The notes beneath the pieces are model-generated. The model had not been told where the DNA came from. It worked only from the letters and a program-made list of their open reading frames with translations, and did no database searches. DNA of 42,448 nucleotides. Origin: a virus. Its lineage: Duplodnaviria; Caudoviricetes. The position numbers and the translations under genes were made by a program. Each line of letters begins with the position of its first letter. Position 1 is the first letter of the stretch. The stretch is taken from positions 1 through 42,448 of the IMG/VR virus record IMGVR_UViG_3300022179_000883; one strand, written 5' to 3'. Positions 1-7,019 of the stretch are shown here, piece by piece.

Positions 1-63
1 AGAGGAGACATAACCACGGGTTCCCTAAACGGCCAGGGTGCCTGCCCGAACATGCCGGGGGCC

Positions 64-516
64 TCACTCCGGCACGTCCCGCGGTGGCGTCACGTTTTCG
101 AGCGCAGCCCATCTCAGCGCATCGGCTTCGCTCCTCACGTAGCCATCGGATAGTGCGGCCCTCACGTCGATAACCAGCTTGACAGGCGGCGCCGCATCCT
201 GCCCATACAGGGTAGGCATACGGGCGGCAAGCACGGCTTTGGCTGCGGCCACGTCCGGGCGCCGGTCGCTGGCAAGCCTCAGCGTGCCCCCTGCCTTGTC
301 GGCTACCTCGCGCCATGTCTCGCCGCCGATGGCCTGATCCACAAGCGCCAGCTCTACCCGCGAGAACACGGCAGGCTGCGCCCAAGCCTCGCCTAGCTCG
401 CGCATCACGTCGGCAAGGGGCAGGCCAAGGGTGGCGGCGATCTCTGCTGGTAGCAGCCCATCGGACGCCAGCGTGGCAGCCGTGACGGGGGCCGGGATCA
501 GGTCGCTTAGTGCCAT
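64..516 (-). CDS. terS: Terminase small subunit (putative)
   Basis: N-terminal HTH (PAEIAATLGLPLADV), then VELALVDQAIGG...PDVAAAKAVLAARMPTLYG, typical of TerS; upstream of terL once the genome is circularised. Confidence 0.7.
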   Translation of the reverse strand: MALSDLIPAPVTAATLASDGLLPAEIAATLGLPLADVMRELGEAWAQPAVFSRVELALVDQAIGGETWREVADKAGGTLRLASDRRPDVAAAKAVLAARMPTLYGQDAAPPVKLVIDVRAALSDGYVRSEADALRWAALENVTPPRDVPE

Positions 517-535
517 GCGCGACGGTATAGCACAA

Positions 536-618
536 AGTTAGCCTGGAGATAACCTGAACGGAAAAGTTCCAGGCTAACTCTAGGCAAATCGCAAGAGTTA
601 GCCTGGAGACTTTTTTCC
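536..618. repeat. Three AGTTAGCCTGGA copies (two direct, one inverted) forming a long inverted repeat
   Basis: Copies at 536-547 (+), within 568-581 (-) and 596-607 (+); 568-581 and 594-607 form a perfect 14-bp IR, extendable with bulges to ~560-618. Confidence 0.9.
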
Positions 619-652
619 AGGGCGCGAAATGGCGGGTTTACTGGCCTAACGC

Positions 653-900
653 CCCCTTACGGGCTGTAAGAATAGGCCGAAAGTCACTTTGAGGCTGGAA
701 TTTAAGGCACTCTCGCACCCTTTCAGTAATAATATATATATATAACACTTAACACCTATATATGAGGGGGAGGGGGGCGCGTCTACAGCCTCTAGGAAAG
801 TGCCGTAAGGGGCGTAAGGCTGTGATTTAAATGGAATCGCTGTGAGGTCTATGATTTTCATAGAGATTTTTTCCCCATTTTTCGCAAAAGTGCGGGGGGG
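653..900. other. Putative replication origin (AT-rich core flanked by inverted repeats)
   Basis: TATATA tract and AT-rich stretch at ~721-763 in a GC-rich genome; CCCCTTACGG (653-662) and its reverse complement CCGTAAGGGG (803-812); G-tracts; non-coding. Confidence 0.45.
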
Positions 901-947
901 GGCGGTCTCATTCGGTTATATGCAAGCCTCATCTCATAACAACACGG

Positions 948-1000
948 TCTTATAAGAACTGTTGACAAGCGTTGCAACGGCTTCAGGCCATGCTATTCTT
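948..1000 (+). promoter_or_regulatory. Sigma70-type early promoter with overlapping operator-like motifs
   Basis: TTGCAA (972-977), 16 bp, then TATTCT (994-999) with extended-10 TG at 991-992; palindrome TCTTATAAGA at 948-957; GTTGACA-N4-TTGCAAC at 961-978. Confidence 0.65.
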
Positions 1001-1050
1001 ACAGCACGGTCCAGCACCCCGCTAGACCCCCGACATAGGACTAAAGAGCC

Positions 1051-1245
1051 ATGACAACACCCGCCCTGTACACAGTAACGGACAAGCAAACCGGCCGGAT
1101 AATGGGCACGTATGGCACGCTGCGCGCGGCCCATTGGCGCGCTGATCGGCTGGACCTTGCCTATGGCGCCGTCCGCTACGTTGTCCGGCGCGTGGAAGCG
1201 GTCACGCCCCACGCTGCCGCCACCCTCTCGGCCGGCGCCCTGTAA
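1051..1245 (+). CDS. Small early hypothetical protein ending TPHAAATLSAGAL
   Basis: ORF with ACATAGGA RBS; first gene after the early promoter. Confidence 0.8.
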   Translation: MTTPALYTVTDKQTGRIMGTYGTLRAAHWRADRLDLAYGAVRYVVRRVEAVTPHAAATLSAGAL

Positions 1246-1539
1246 TCATCACCACACATAGGAGTTAAGAGCCATGACAAACACCGCAAACCTGACCCGC
1301 AACGCGCGCCGCGCGGTGGCTAAGTACAGCGCCGCTGTATGCCTTGAGGCCGCCCGCATTCACCTCAAGGAGGGTGAGGGTGGCGCGGAAGTTGGACGTC
1401 AACTCGGCCTGACAACGAACCAGGCCGATGCGGCTATCAGCGCCGGCATTGAACTTAGCGACGTGCTTACCCCCCACGCTGCCGCCACGCTCGCGGCTGG
1501 CGCCCTGTAATCACCACACATAGGAGTTAAGAGCCATGA
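1204..1539 (+). repeat. ~72-bp direct repeat (1204-1277 and 1469-1539) covering 13 codons, stop, RBS and start
   Basis: Both copies read ...CCCCACGCTGCCGCCAC.CTC.CGGC.GGCGCCCTGTAA(TCA)TCACCACACATAGGAGTTAAGAGCCATGA. Confidence 0.95.
1274..1510 (+). CDS. Small early protein, possible HTH, ending TPHAAATLAAGAL
   Basis: GAEVGRQLGLTTNQADAAI is HTH-like; strong AGGAG RBS. Confidence 0.8.
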   Translation: MTNTANLTRNARRAVAKYSAAVCLEAARIHLKEGEGGAEVGRQLGLTTNQADAAISAGIELSDVLTPHAAATLAAGAL

Positions 1540-1820
1540 AATTTGACGTTGAATACACGGACACTTTTGGCGGCGAAGCCAACTATTCTTGGGTACGTCG
1601 CACCGTGATCGAAGTGGCCGATATTGAACCGGACACGGTTTACACCTCCGCGGCAACGGTAGCCAACAAGCGCCGCGCATATGATCGGGAGATCATGCGT
1701 AAGGCGAAGGCCGCAGTCGGCCTGACTGGCACTCGCGGCAAGCGCACTGACTTTGGCGCCATGATTGAGCTACGCCCCTACGGAATGTGCACTGTGCTGT
1801 TCGTCACTGCGCAGTACTAG
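1536..1820 (+). CDS. Early hypothetical phage protein
   Basis: Strong RBS; EYTDTFGGEANYSWVRR resembles a motif I recall from environmental phage early genes. Confidence 0.8.
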   Translation: MKFDVEYTDTFGGEANYSWVRRTVIEVADIEPDTVYTSAATVANKRRAYDREIMRKAKAAVGLTGTRGKRTDFGAMIELRPYGMCTVLFVTAQY

Positions 1821-1875
1821 CAATGCGTCAAGGCTTGCCGCCCCGACAAGGTAAGCGGCAAGCCTTCGCGGATTG
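1821..1875 (+). other. Long intergenic hairpin (possible RNase III site or terminator)
   Basis: Perfect 12-bp IR AAGGCTTGCCGC (1830-1841) / GCGGCAAGCCTT (1855-1866), imperfectly extendable; no U-tract. Confidence 0.6.
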
Positions 1876-1903
1876 TTGGCACATCACATAGGGACGATGA
1901 ACC

Positions 1904-2095
1904 ATGTACACAGTTACACTTGGACAGTACCAGCTAGACGGCCGCGCAGACTTGGGCACGATCGAGGGCCTGATGCTGGCCGATGACGGCCGGCCGGTTG
2001 CTATCATGTTCGATACGCTCGACCGCAGGTTCTATGGGGCGGAAAAGGATCGAATGCTACGCGCCACGCTCGCCACGCTTTTACAGGACTACTAA
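1904..2095 (+). CDS. Hypothetical protein
   Basis: ORF with ACATAGGG RBS at the same spacing as upstream genes. Confidence 0.7.
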   Translation: MYTVTLGQYQLDGRADLGTIEGLMLADDGRPVAIMFDTLDRRFYGAEKDRMLRATLATLLQDY

Positions 2096-2097
2096 TC

Positions 2098-2538
2098 ATG
2101 AGCACCCCATCAAAATTCGATGACTTGATCGACATCCGCGACGTGATAGCGCGCCTGGATGAGCTGCGCGAAGAATACACAGACCTTTCGACGGCACTCG
2201 AAGAATTGCGCGGCGATCCAGACGCGGAGCCTGATGACGTGACGGCCGCCGAGGACGCGTTAAAAGAATGGGATATAGACAATGGCGACGAACAGCGCGC
2301 GTTGCAATCACTGGCCGATCAAGCGGAAGGCTACGCGGACGACTGGCGCCACGGCGCCACGTTGATTCATGACGATTACTTTAAAAAGTACGCGCAGAAA
2401 CTTGCGGAGGATATTGGTGCCATCCCTGAAAGCGTAGCCTGGCCATGTACCTGCATTGATTGGGATCAGGCCGCGGACGAATTGCGCCAAGATTACACCG
2501 CGGTCGATTTCGACGGCGAAACCTACTGGGTGCACTAG
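2098..2538 (+). CDS. Acidic ArdA-like antirestriction / DNA-mimic protein
   Basis: About 40 of 146 residues are D/E; C-terminal CIDWDQAADELRQDY...FDGETYWV resembles the ArdA C-terminal motif; early operon. Confidence 0.6.
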   Translation: MSTPSKFDDLIDIRDVIARLDELREEYTDLSTALEELRGDPDAEPDDVTAAEDALKEWDIDNGDEQRALQSLADQAEGYADDWRHGATLIHDDYFKKYAQKLAEDIGAIPESVAWPCTCIDWDQAADELRQDYTAVDFDGETYWVH

Positions 2539-2606
2539 TAACCCGGCCTCATGCCCTGCGCCCCTGGCAGGGTATCGGTCCCCAAGCGTAACGAGGAGAA
2601 TTGAAG

Positions 2607-2813
2607 GTGACGAGAAAAGACTACTTGCTTCTAAGCGCCGCCCTGCGCACCGCCCGCGACTATACCGCGCGCGTTCAGCCTGGCATGGTGGCCGGCGTTG
2701 ACGTGGCCGCATCGCACGTATGCAGCGCACTGTCATGGGATAACCGGGCATTTGATGCTGTTCGGTTTATGGTGGACTGTGGCGCGACGGTGGCTAATGA
2801 GGTAGAGACATGA
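2607..2813 (+). CDS. Hypothetical early protein
   Basis: GTG start 8 nt after GAGGAG; the track's TTG at 2601 is too close to the SD. Confidence 0.7.
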   Translation: MTRKDYLLLSAALRTARDYTARVQPGMVAGVDVAASHVCSALSWDNRAFDAVRFMVDCGATVANEVET

Positions 2814-2989
2814 ACGGATCAAGGCTTAAGAGTGGCGAGCGATATAAAGGCTGGTTGGTGTCTTTCAGTCATAACGCGCCAGTCACGGGAAAGTGGCGCG
2901 CTGAACGCTTCGGCGTTGGAATGTGCGCGGGAACGGCTGAACAGTTGCAGCGGATGATTGACGTAAAGACAGAGGAGCGCCGCGCATGA
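2810..2989 (+). CDS. 59-aa hypothetical protein (not in ORF track)
   Basis: MNGSRLKSGERYKGWLV...EERRA; ATGA overlaps on both sides. Confidence 0.7.
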   Translation: MNGSRLKSGERYKGWLVSFSHNAPVTGKWRAERFGVGMCAGTAEQLQRMIDVKTEERRA

Positions 2990-3165
2990 TCCGCCAAGAC
3001 TACGCCCGCCGCATCACCGACAAGCGCCACCCGTTCACTGCCGCGCGCCTGATGCTGGTAGCAATGGGGCTGGCATTGGGCGGCATCCTGTTTGCGAGCC
3101 TGACAGGATGCGCGGCACCCGGCCCGTGCGGCAAGCTGCCGCCCGTGTACGGCACGGACTGCTAG
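2986..3165 (+). CDS. Small lipoprotein, 59 aa (not in ORF track)
   Basis: Basic N-terminus, hydrophobic LMLVAMGLALGGILFASL, lipobox LTGC; GAGGAG RBS; ATGA overlap. Confidence 0.7.
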   Translation: MIRQDYARRITDKRHPFTAARLMLVAMGLALGGILFASLTGCAAPGPCGKLPPVYGTDC

Positions 3166-4814
3166 AACGTATCCGGCTCGCTAGGGTCGGGGCTGGCCGT
3201 CGTCCCCGACTCCTCCGCGCTCAGCACGCCGCGCCGCCACACCCGTTGCGACTTGCCGTCCTGCCACACGATGACGGACACATAACCCGCTAGTCTCAGG
3301 ATGCTACGCACCCTTGACGCATCGCCCACGGATTGCCGATCTATCGGCATTTGCAGGCAAGTGAATAGAACCTCTTGCGGCGACACATGCGGGCGCATCT
3401 CAGCGAAGCGTAATACCTGTTCTTCCCACGGGTCCGCCACGCGAGCATCATCCTGCAATGCCTTCGCCTCACGCTCTGGCACGTCATGATAGACCTCCCC
3501 GCCCGCCAACCTGGCGACGGCTTCAGCTAGGATCTGCTCCCGGTTCGCGCGCAGGTAGTACAGGTCCAGCTTGCCGACGATGATCCGCCATGCGCGCCTC
3601 ATTCCAGTGTCCGACAGGTTCCAGTCGTTGCGGTTCGTGGTGCCGGCAAAGCTGCAGGAACGGGGGAAGTCCTGACTTGTGCGCCCGTAGCTTGGGCGGT
3701 AGGAATCGACGCGGTTGGAGATGATGCCCTTGATGCGCTCGATTTCGGCCCGCTTGAAGGAATGCAACTCAGCGATTTCGAGCAACATTTTGCCGGGCAT
3801 GAGCTGTTGAAAATCCTTGCTCATGATGCTTTCGTGGCACTCGCTGAACCAGTCGCCGCCGATGATGCGTAGCGCGGTTGACTTGCCGGCGCCCTCGCCG
3901 CCTTCAAAGAGCGGGAAATTGTCAAACTGGCAACCTGGATTCAGCACCCGGTTGACCATGCCCATAATCCAGCATCTGCCCACGGCTGCGTAGTAGTCGT
4001 TCTGGGGCGTTCCCCATCCTTTGCTGAGTAAGGTCGGGAGGCGCTCTTGTCCGTCCCATATCAGGGCCTGCAATGTGTCCTGCGCGGCGTTGACCCGGTG
4101 ACGCAGCAGAAACGTATCGAGGCCGCTGCGGACCTTGCCGACGCTCATCTTCTGCAATCCGTAGTTGCGTTGCAGGTGGACGGTCAACATGGATACGTCG
4201 CCATCCGTGATGGGCCTGGGAGCGTCCGATTGCCAGCTCGTCATGACGCGCTGCAAGAATTCGTCGTACCAGAACGGCAGGCCGGCACCCTCAAGGATGC
4301 GGTCAACGGTGTCCTCATTGCAGGGGATGCGCTCGCCGTCCGTGAAGCCGCATTTCTTCAGCTCGATATGCTGGCTGGACTCCATCGCCGGCACGCCCTT
4401 GACGGCTACGGCGGCGCGCTGGACGGCGAGTGGGCGGATGTGCCGGCCATTGTCGCGGGTGGCCCATGCGTCCATGTTGATGCGTTCCGCGAGGCAGTCG
4501 GCCAGCGTCCAGCCTGGCACGGCGCCCGTGGACATAATCATCCGGCCCGACGTGAAGCCGAGGCTCGCAAGGTGTTCCCCGAGGCCGCGCATCGTGGCTT
4601 CGAACGCGCTGCCCATCGTTGGCCACAGCGTCACGTCGCGCCCGAGCATGGGCGCCCAGTCTACTTTCTTGAAGTCGCCAAGCCAGGTGCAGACTTCGTA
4701 ATCCATGACGCGGCCACGGGCCTTGTCGACGGTCTCGGTGTCACTCACGAGAATGACGGGCAACTCCGACCCGCTGTAGCGATACAGCCCGGACAGGTCC
4801 ACCACGCTGCTCAT
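3162..4814 (-). CDS. VapE/VirE-family P-loop helicase with degenerate TOPRIM-like N-terminus
   Basis: Walker A GGEGAGKST, LLEIAEL, YRPSYGR...FPRSCSFAGTTN...DTGMRR; N-terminal DWAPMLGRDVTLWP. Start moved to ATG 4814 (ATGA-coupled to the upstream ORF). Confidence 0.85.
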   Translation of the reverse strand: MSSVVDLSGLYRYSGSELPVILVSDTETVDKARGRVMDYEVCTWLGDFKKVDWAPMLGRDVTLWPTMGSAFEATMRGLGEHLASLGFTSGRMIMSTGAVPGWTLADCLAERINMDAWATRDNGRHIRPLAVQRAAVAVKGVPAMESSQHIELKKCGFTDGERIPCNEDTVDRILEGAGLPFWYDEFLQRVMTSWQSDAPRPITDGDVSMLTVHLQRNYGLQKMSVGKVRSGLDTFLLRHRVNAAQDTLQALIWDGQERLPTLLSKGWGTPQNDYYAAVGRCWIMGMVNRVLNPGCQFDNFPLFEGGEGAGKSTALRIIGGDWFSECHESIMSKDFQQLMPGKMLLEIAELHSFKRAEIERIKGIISNRVDSYRPSYGRTSQDFPRSCSFAGTTNRNDWNLSDTGMRRAWRIIVGKLDLYYLRANREQILAEAVARLAGGEVYHDVPEREAKALQDDARVADPWEEQVLRFAEMRPHVSPQEVLFTCLQMPIDRQSVGDASRVRSILRLAGYVSVIVWQDGKSQRVWRRGVLSAEESGTTASPDPSEPDTF

Positions 4815-4966
4815 GCGCGGCGCCTCAGCGGACGGCGCAGCCATACGCGCTCGATCTCTTGGGCAATGAGGCTATAAGGCGGATCGGGCGGGAGCGATGC
4901 GCCGGACTGTTGCAGTGCGGCGATAAGGAAGGCGCGGAATTCCCGGCGCGGTTTCTTCTTCTGCAT
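4811..4966 (-). CDS. 51-aa basic protein coupled to the helicase gene (not in ORF track)
   Basis: MQKKKPRREFRAFLIAALQ...RRPLRRRA; AACGAGGA RBS; ATGA overlap with the helicase start. Confidence 0.65.
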   Translation of the reverse strand: MQKKKPRREFRAFLIAALQQSGASLPPDPPYSLIAQEIERVWLRRPLRRRA

Positions 4967-4991
4967 TGTGTCCTCGTTTCTCGTTTCGGAA

Positions 4992-5060
4992 GCAAAAAGC
5001 CCAGGCCGGGTAACGAGGAACCGGCTTTTCGGCGCAGGCCAACGGCGCCTAGGGCTGTTC
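4992..5060 (-). ncRNA. Structured three-way-junction RNA, C4/c4-2-like antisense RNA candidate
   Basis: Minus strand AGCCC-UA-GGCGC[CGUUGGCCU]GCGCC-GAAAA-GCCGG[UUCCUCGUUAC]CCGGC-CU-GGGCU-UUUU; three perfect 5-bp stems; intergenic. Confidence 0.65.
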
Positions 5061-5066
5061 GGGTTT

Positions 5067-5351
5067 CTACTCGGTAATTTTTACAAAGTCAACGCTGTCC
5101 GTGAGCGCCGCGTCATGCCGCTCCTCGCGGTACGCTGCATCGTCCATCGCCTCGCGCGCCGACTTGTGCAGTCCGACACATTCAGTGCCGCCCTTGCGCG
5201 TGTGGCCCTTGAACAGCAAGTAGATCGGCCCGCCGTTGCCGTCATGCGTCTTGAGGATCGTCCACTCGCCGCGCTCCATGCGGTCATCGGCGGCGCGGAT
5301 CCAGCCGTCGAGATAGCGGGTGTCAGTGTTCAATTTCCGCACCTCCCACAA
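5067..5351 (-). CDS. Hypothetical protein
   Basis: 94-aa ORF in the leftward operon. Confidence 0.65.
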   Translation of the reverse strand: MWEVRKLNTDTRYLDGWIRAADDRMERGEWTILKTHDGNGGPIYLLFKGHTRKGGTECVGLHKSAREAMDDAAYREERHDAALTDSVDFVKITE

Positions 5352-5530
5352 ATGCCGTCAATGAGCCTCTCCCCGCACGCGCGGCAGAACAGCGGCACGC
5401 GGCGGAACCTGGCTAGCTCTATGCCTTGCTTGACATAGGCCGAATAGATCACTGAGATCGCATCGGCCAGCTTGTAGCGCGGCATCACGTCGCAGGCTTT
5501 GGCAACTTCGATTGCGTCATCGAGCATCAT
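5330..5530 (-). CDS. Small Zn-ribbon protein
   Basis: CRAC...CGRC at the C-terminus. Confidence 0.6.
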   Translation of the reverse strand: MMLDDAIEVAKACDVMPRYKLADAISVIYSAYVKQGIELARFRRVPLFCRACGERLIDGICGRCGN

Positions 5531-5708
5531 GAAACGTCACCCTCTTGACCAGCCCGAGCTTCGCGAGCGTCGCATCAGTCGCGCCCGTGAGCTTGCCGGC
5601 GTGCAGTTTGTAGAGAACCGTATGGTCAACGCCGATGGCGTCACCGATAGCGCGGTAGGACTTGTGCTGCCGTAGCAGGGCACCGATGCGGAGTTGGATT
5701 TTGTTCAT
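5517..5708 (-). CDS. Cro/XRE-like HTH regulator
   Basis: SYRAIGDAIGVDHTVLYKLHAG...TDATLAKLGL; first gene after a divergent promoter. Confidence 0.75.
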   Translation of the reverse strand: MNKIQLRIGALLRQHKSYRAIGDAIGVDHTVLYKLHAGKLTGATDATLAKLGLVKRVTFHDAR

Positions 5709-5793
5709 GGGGCGTCACCGTATCAGGAGTTGACAGGGATTGCAACAGTGTGTACAAGGGAAACCGTCAGGCAACAAAACGAGGGCAAGGGAC
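5709..5793. promoter_or_regulatory. Overlapping divergent promoters with operator-like quasi-palindrome
   Basis: Minus: TTGCAA (5745-5740), 17 bp, TACGGT (5722-5717). Plus: TTGACA (5730-5735), 17 bp, TACAAG (5753-5758). GTTGACA-N4-TTGCAAC at 5729-5746. Confidence 0.65.
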
Positions 5794-6054
5794 ATGAAAA
5801 TCGCGCTTTTCAAAGACCAATACGGCACAAGACCCTTGGAGGAAATATTTGAGAGCTACGACGGTTACTCGCGAGTTAGTGAATACGTCGATATAGAGTT
5901 CCGCATACTCCCTCCAGAAGTGACGGTTGCGGCGGAACTGAAACGGCTCGACAAGGCTGAAGTAAAGCTGCGCGAGGCGTTTCAAGAGAAGCTCGACGAG
6001 ATCGAGACCTCCCGCGCCAACCTCCGCGCCCTTACCCATACGGTGCAAGAATGA
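5794..6054 (+). CDS. Hypothetical protein with C-terminal coiled coil
   Basis: ATG 5794 (MKIALFKD) after a purine-rich RBS. Confidence 0.75.
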   Translation: MKIALFKDQYGTRPLEEIFESYDGYSRVSEYVDIEFRILPPEVTVAAELKRLDKAEVKLREAFQEKLDEIETSRANLRALTHTVQE

Positions 6055-6371
6055 ACGCCATGTTCGGACCCCGCGGCGAGGCCATCAACGGCGTTGACGG
6101 CTTCTACTCCACGTCCGTCGAGTTCGCGGGCGGGACGTGGGGTATGGAGATCGGCTACCGCATCACGTCAACGGGCACGGCGCGCAGCGAGCGCATGACG
6201 CCGGATGGTCTTGAGGTTGACATGGGCGAGGCCCCCTACGTTGACATCGTGACTATCGAAATCAGCAACGAGAAGGACCGGCTGTTCCTGCCGCTCTGGC
6301 TGCTGTCCGGAGACCAGGAAGCGCAGCTTGAGTCGGAGATTACGGATCACTTGCAGGAGTTGTGGACATGA
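6051..6371 (+). CDS. Acidic hypothetical protein
   Basis: ATGA overlap; 106 aa. Confidence 0.7.
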   Translation: MNAMFGPRGEAINGVDGFYSTSVEFAGGTWGMEIGYRITSTGTARSERMTPDGLEVDMGEAPYVDIVTIEISNEKDRLFLPLWLLSGDQEAQLESEITDHLQELWT

Positions 6372-6514
6372 CCGACGAGCCATCCAAGCTGGACATCGTG
6401 GAGTGTATCGATCCGGACTGGACAGACCATTTCGCAAGTTACGAGCACGCATACGAGTTTTATGCGACCGATCCAAAGCTGATTGCGGACGCCATCAAGG
6501 AACTACAAGCATGA
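6368..6514 (+). CDS. 48-aa acidic protein (not in ORF track)
   Basis: MTDEPSKLDIVECIDPDW...IKELQA; ATGA overlaps at both ends; AGGAG upstream. Confidence 0.6.
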   Translation: MTDEPSKLDIVECIDPDWTDHFASYEHAYEFYATDPKLIADAIKELQA

Positions 6515-6792
6515 ACGTCATCGTCGAGAAAGAAATCAGCGGCACCGTTATCAGGTACGAGGTGGATGCGCGGGAGGTGACTCTTTTCAAGGTCATCAGG
6601 ATTGAATACAACAAGCCGCTACCGGGTCAATTAACTGGATACAACTCGGAAAAGACCATTGGCTATACCACTGATTTCAACAAAGCATGGAAATCGGGCG
6701 GGTCATCCGTGGTTGCCACTATGGGTTATCAGTTGCCAGATGGGACAATTCTTCTTGACAATAACATTTACGCAGCGGAGCCAATGCTATGA
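6511..6792 (+). CDS. Hypothetical protein
   Basis: Start MNVIVEKE at 6511 (ATGA overlap); locally lower GC. Confidence 0.7.
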   Translation: MNVIVEKEISGTVIRYEVDAREVTLFKVIRIEYNKPLPGQLTGYNSEKTIGYTTDFNKAWKSGGSSVVATMGYQLPDGTILLDNNIYAAEPML

Positions 6793-7019
6793 GCCTCAAG
6801 CCAGTCTTAGACATCCCCGAGTTCCTTAAAGACCAGTCCCCGCCTCCTGAGCGCGAGACGCCGACCGTGCGCGTCAAGGGCTACGGCACGTTCCACGCCT
6901 TCATTGACGGGCGCTGCAAGACGCTGGTGATGGTGCAGAAGGGAAAGAAGGAGATTGAGGTCATCGAGCTGCGCGACGCGCAGGTCAAGGCTTTGAAGGA
7001 ACTTCTGGCAAAGTGGTAA
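6789..7019 (+). CDS. Hypothetical protein
   Basis: ATGA overlap; N-terminal LDIPEFLK peptide. Confidence 0.7.
   Translation: MSLKPVLDIPEFLKDQSPPPERETPTVRVKGYGTFHAFIDGRCKTLVMVQKGKKEIEVIELRDAQVKALKELLAKW

Noticed and set aside
1-63. Terminal repeat or cos site at the window ends
   Set aside because: No repeat between the two ends is visible; the junction reads as intergenic sequence between terS and the Zn-ribbon/terL genes, so the real termini cannot be determined
646-861. 71-aa minus-strand ORF across the AT-rich region
   Set aside because: Runs through the TATATA tract and repeats with atypical composition; probably non-coding
1204-1539. Direct repeats as a CRISPR array or att sites
   Set aside because: Two long coding copies separated by a whole gene; no cas or integrase gene
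4047-4877. 276-aa plus-strand ORF (likewise 9305-10090, 20271-21152, 38023-38835)
   Set aside because: Antisense shadows of well-supported genes in GC-rich DNA
4992-5060. Structured RNA as a tRNA
   Set aside because: Only two arms; no T-loop GTTCRA or 7-nt anticodon loop
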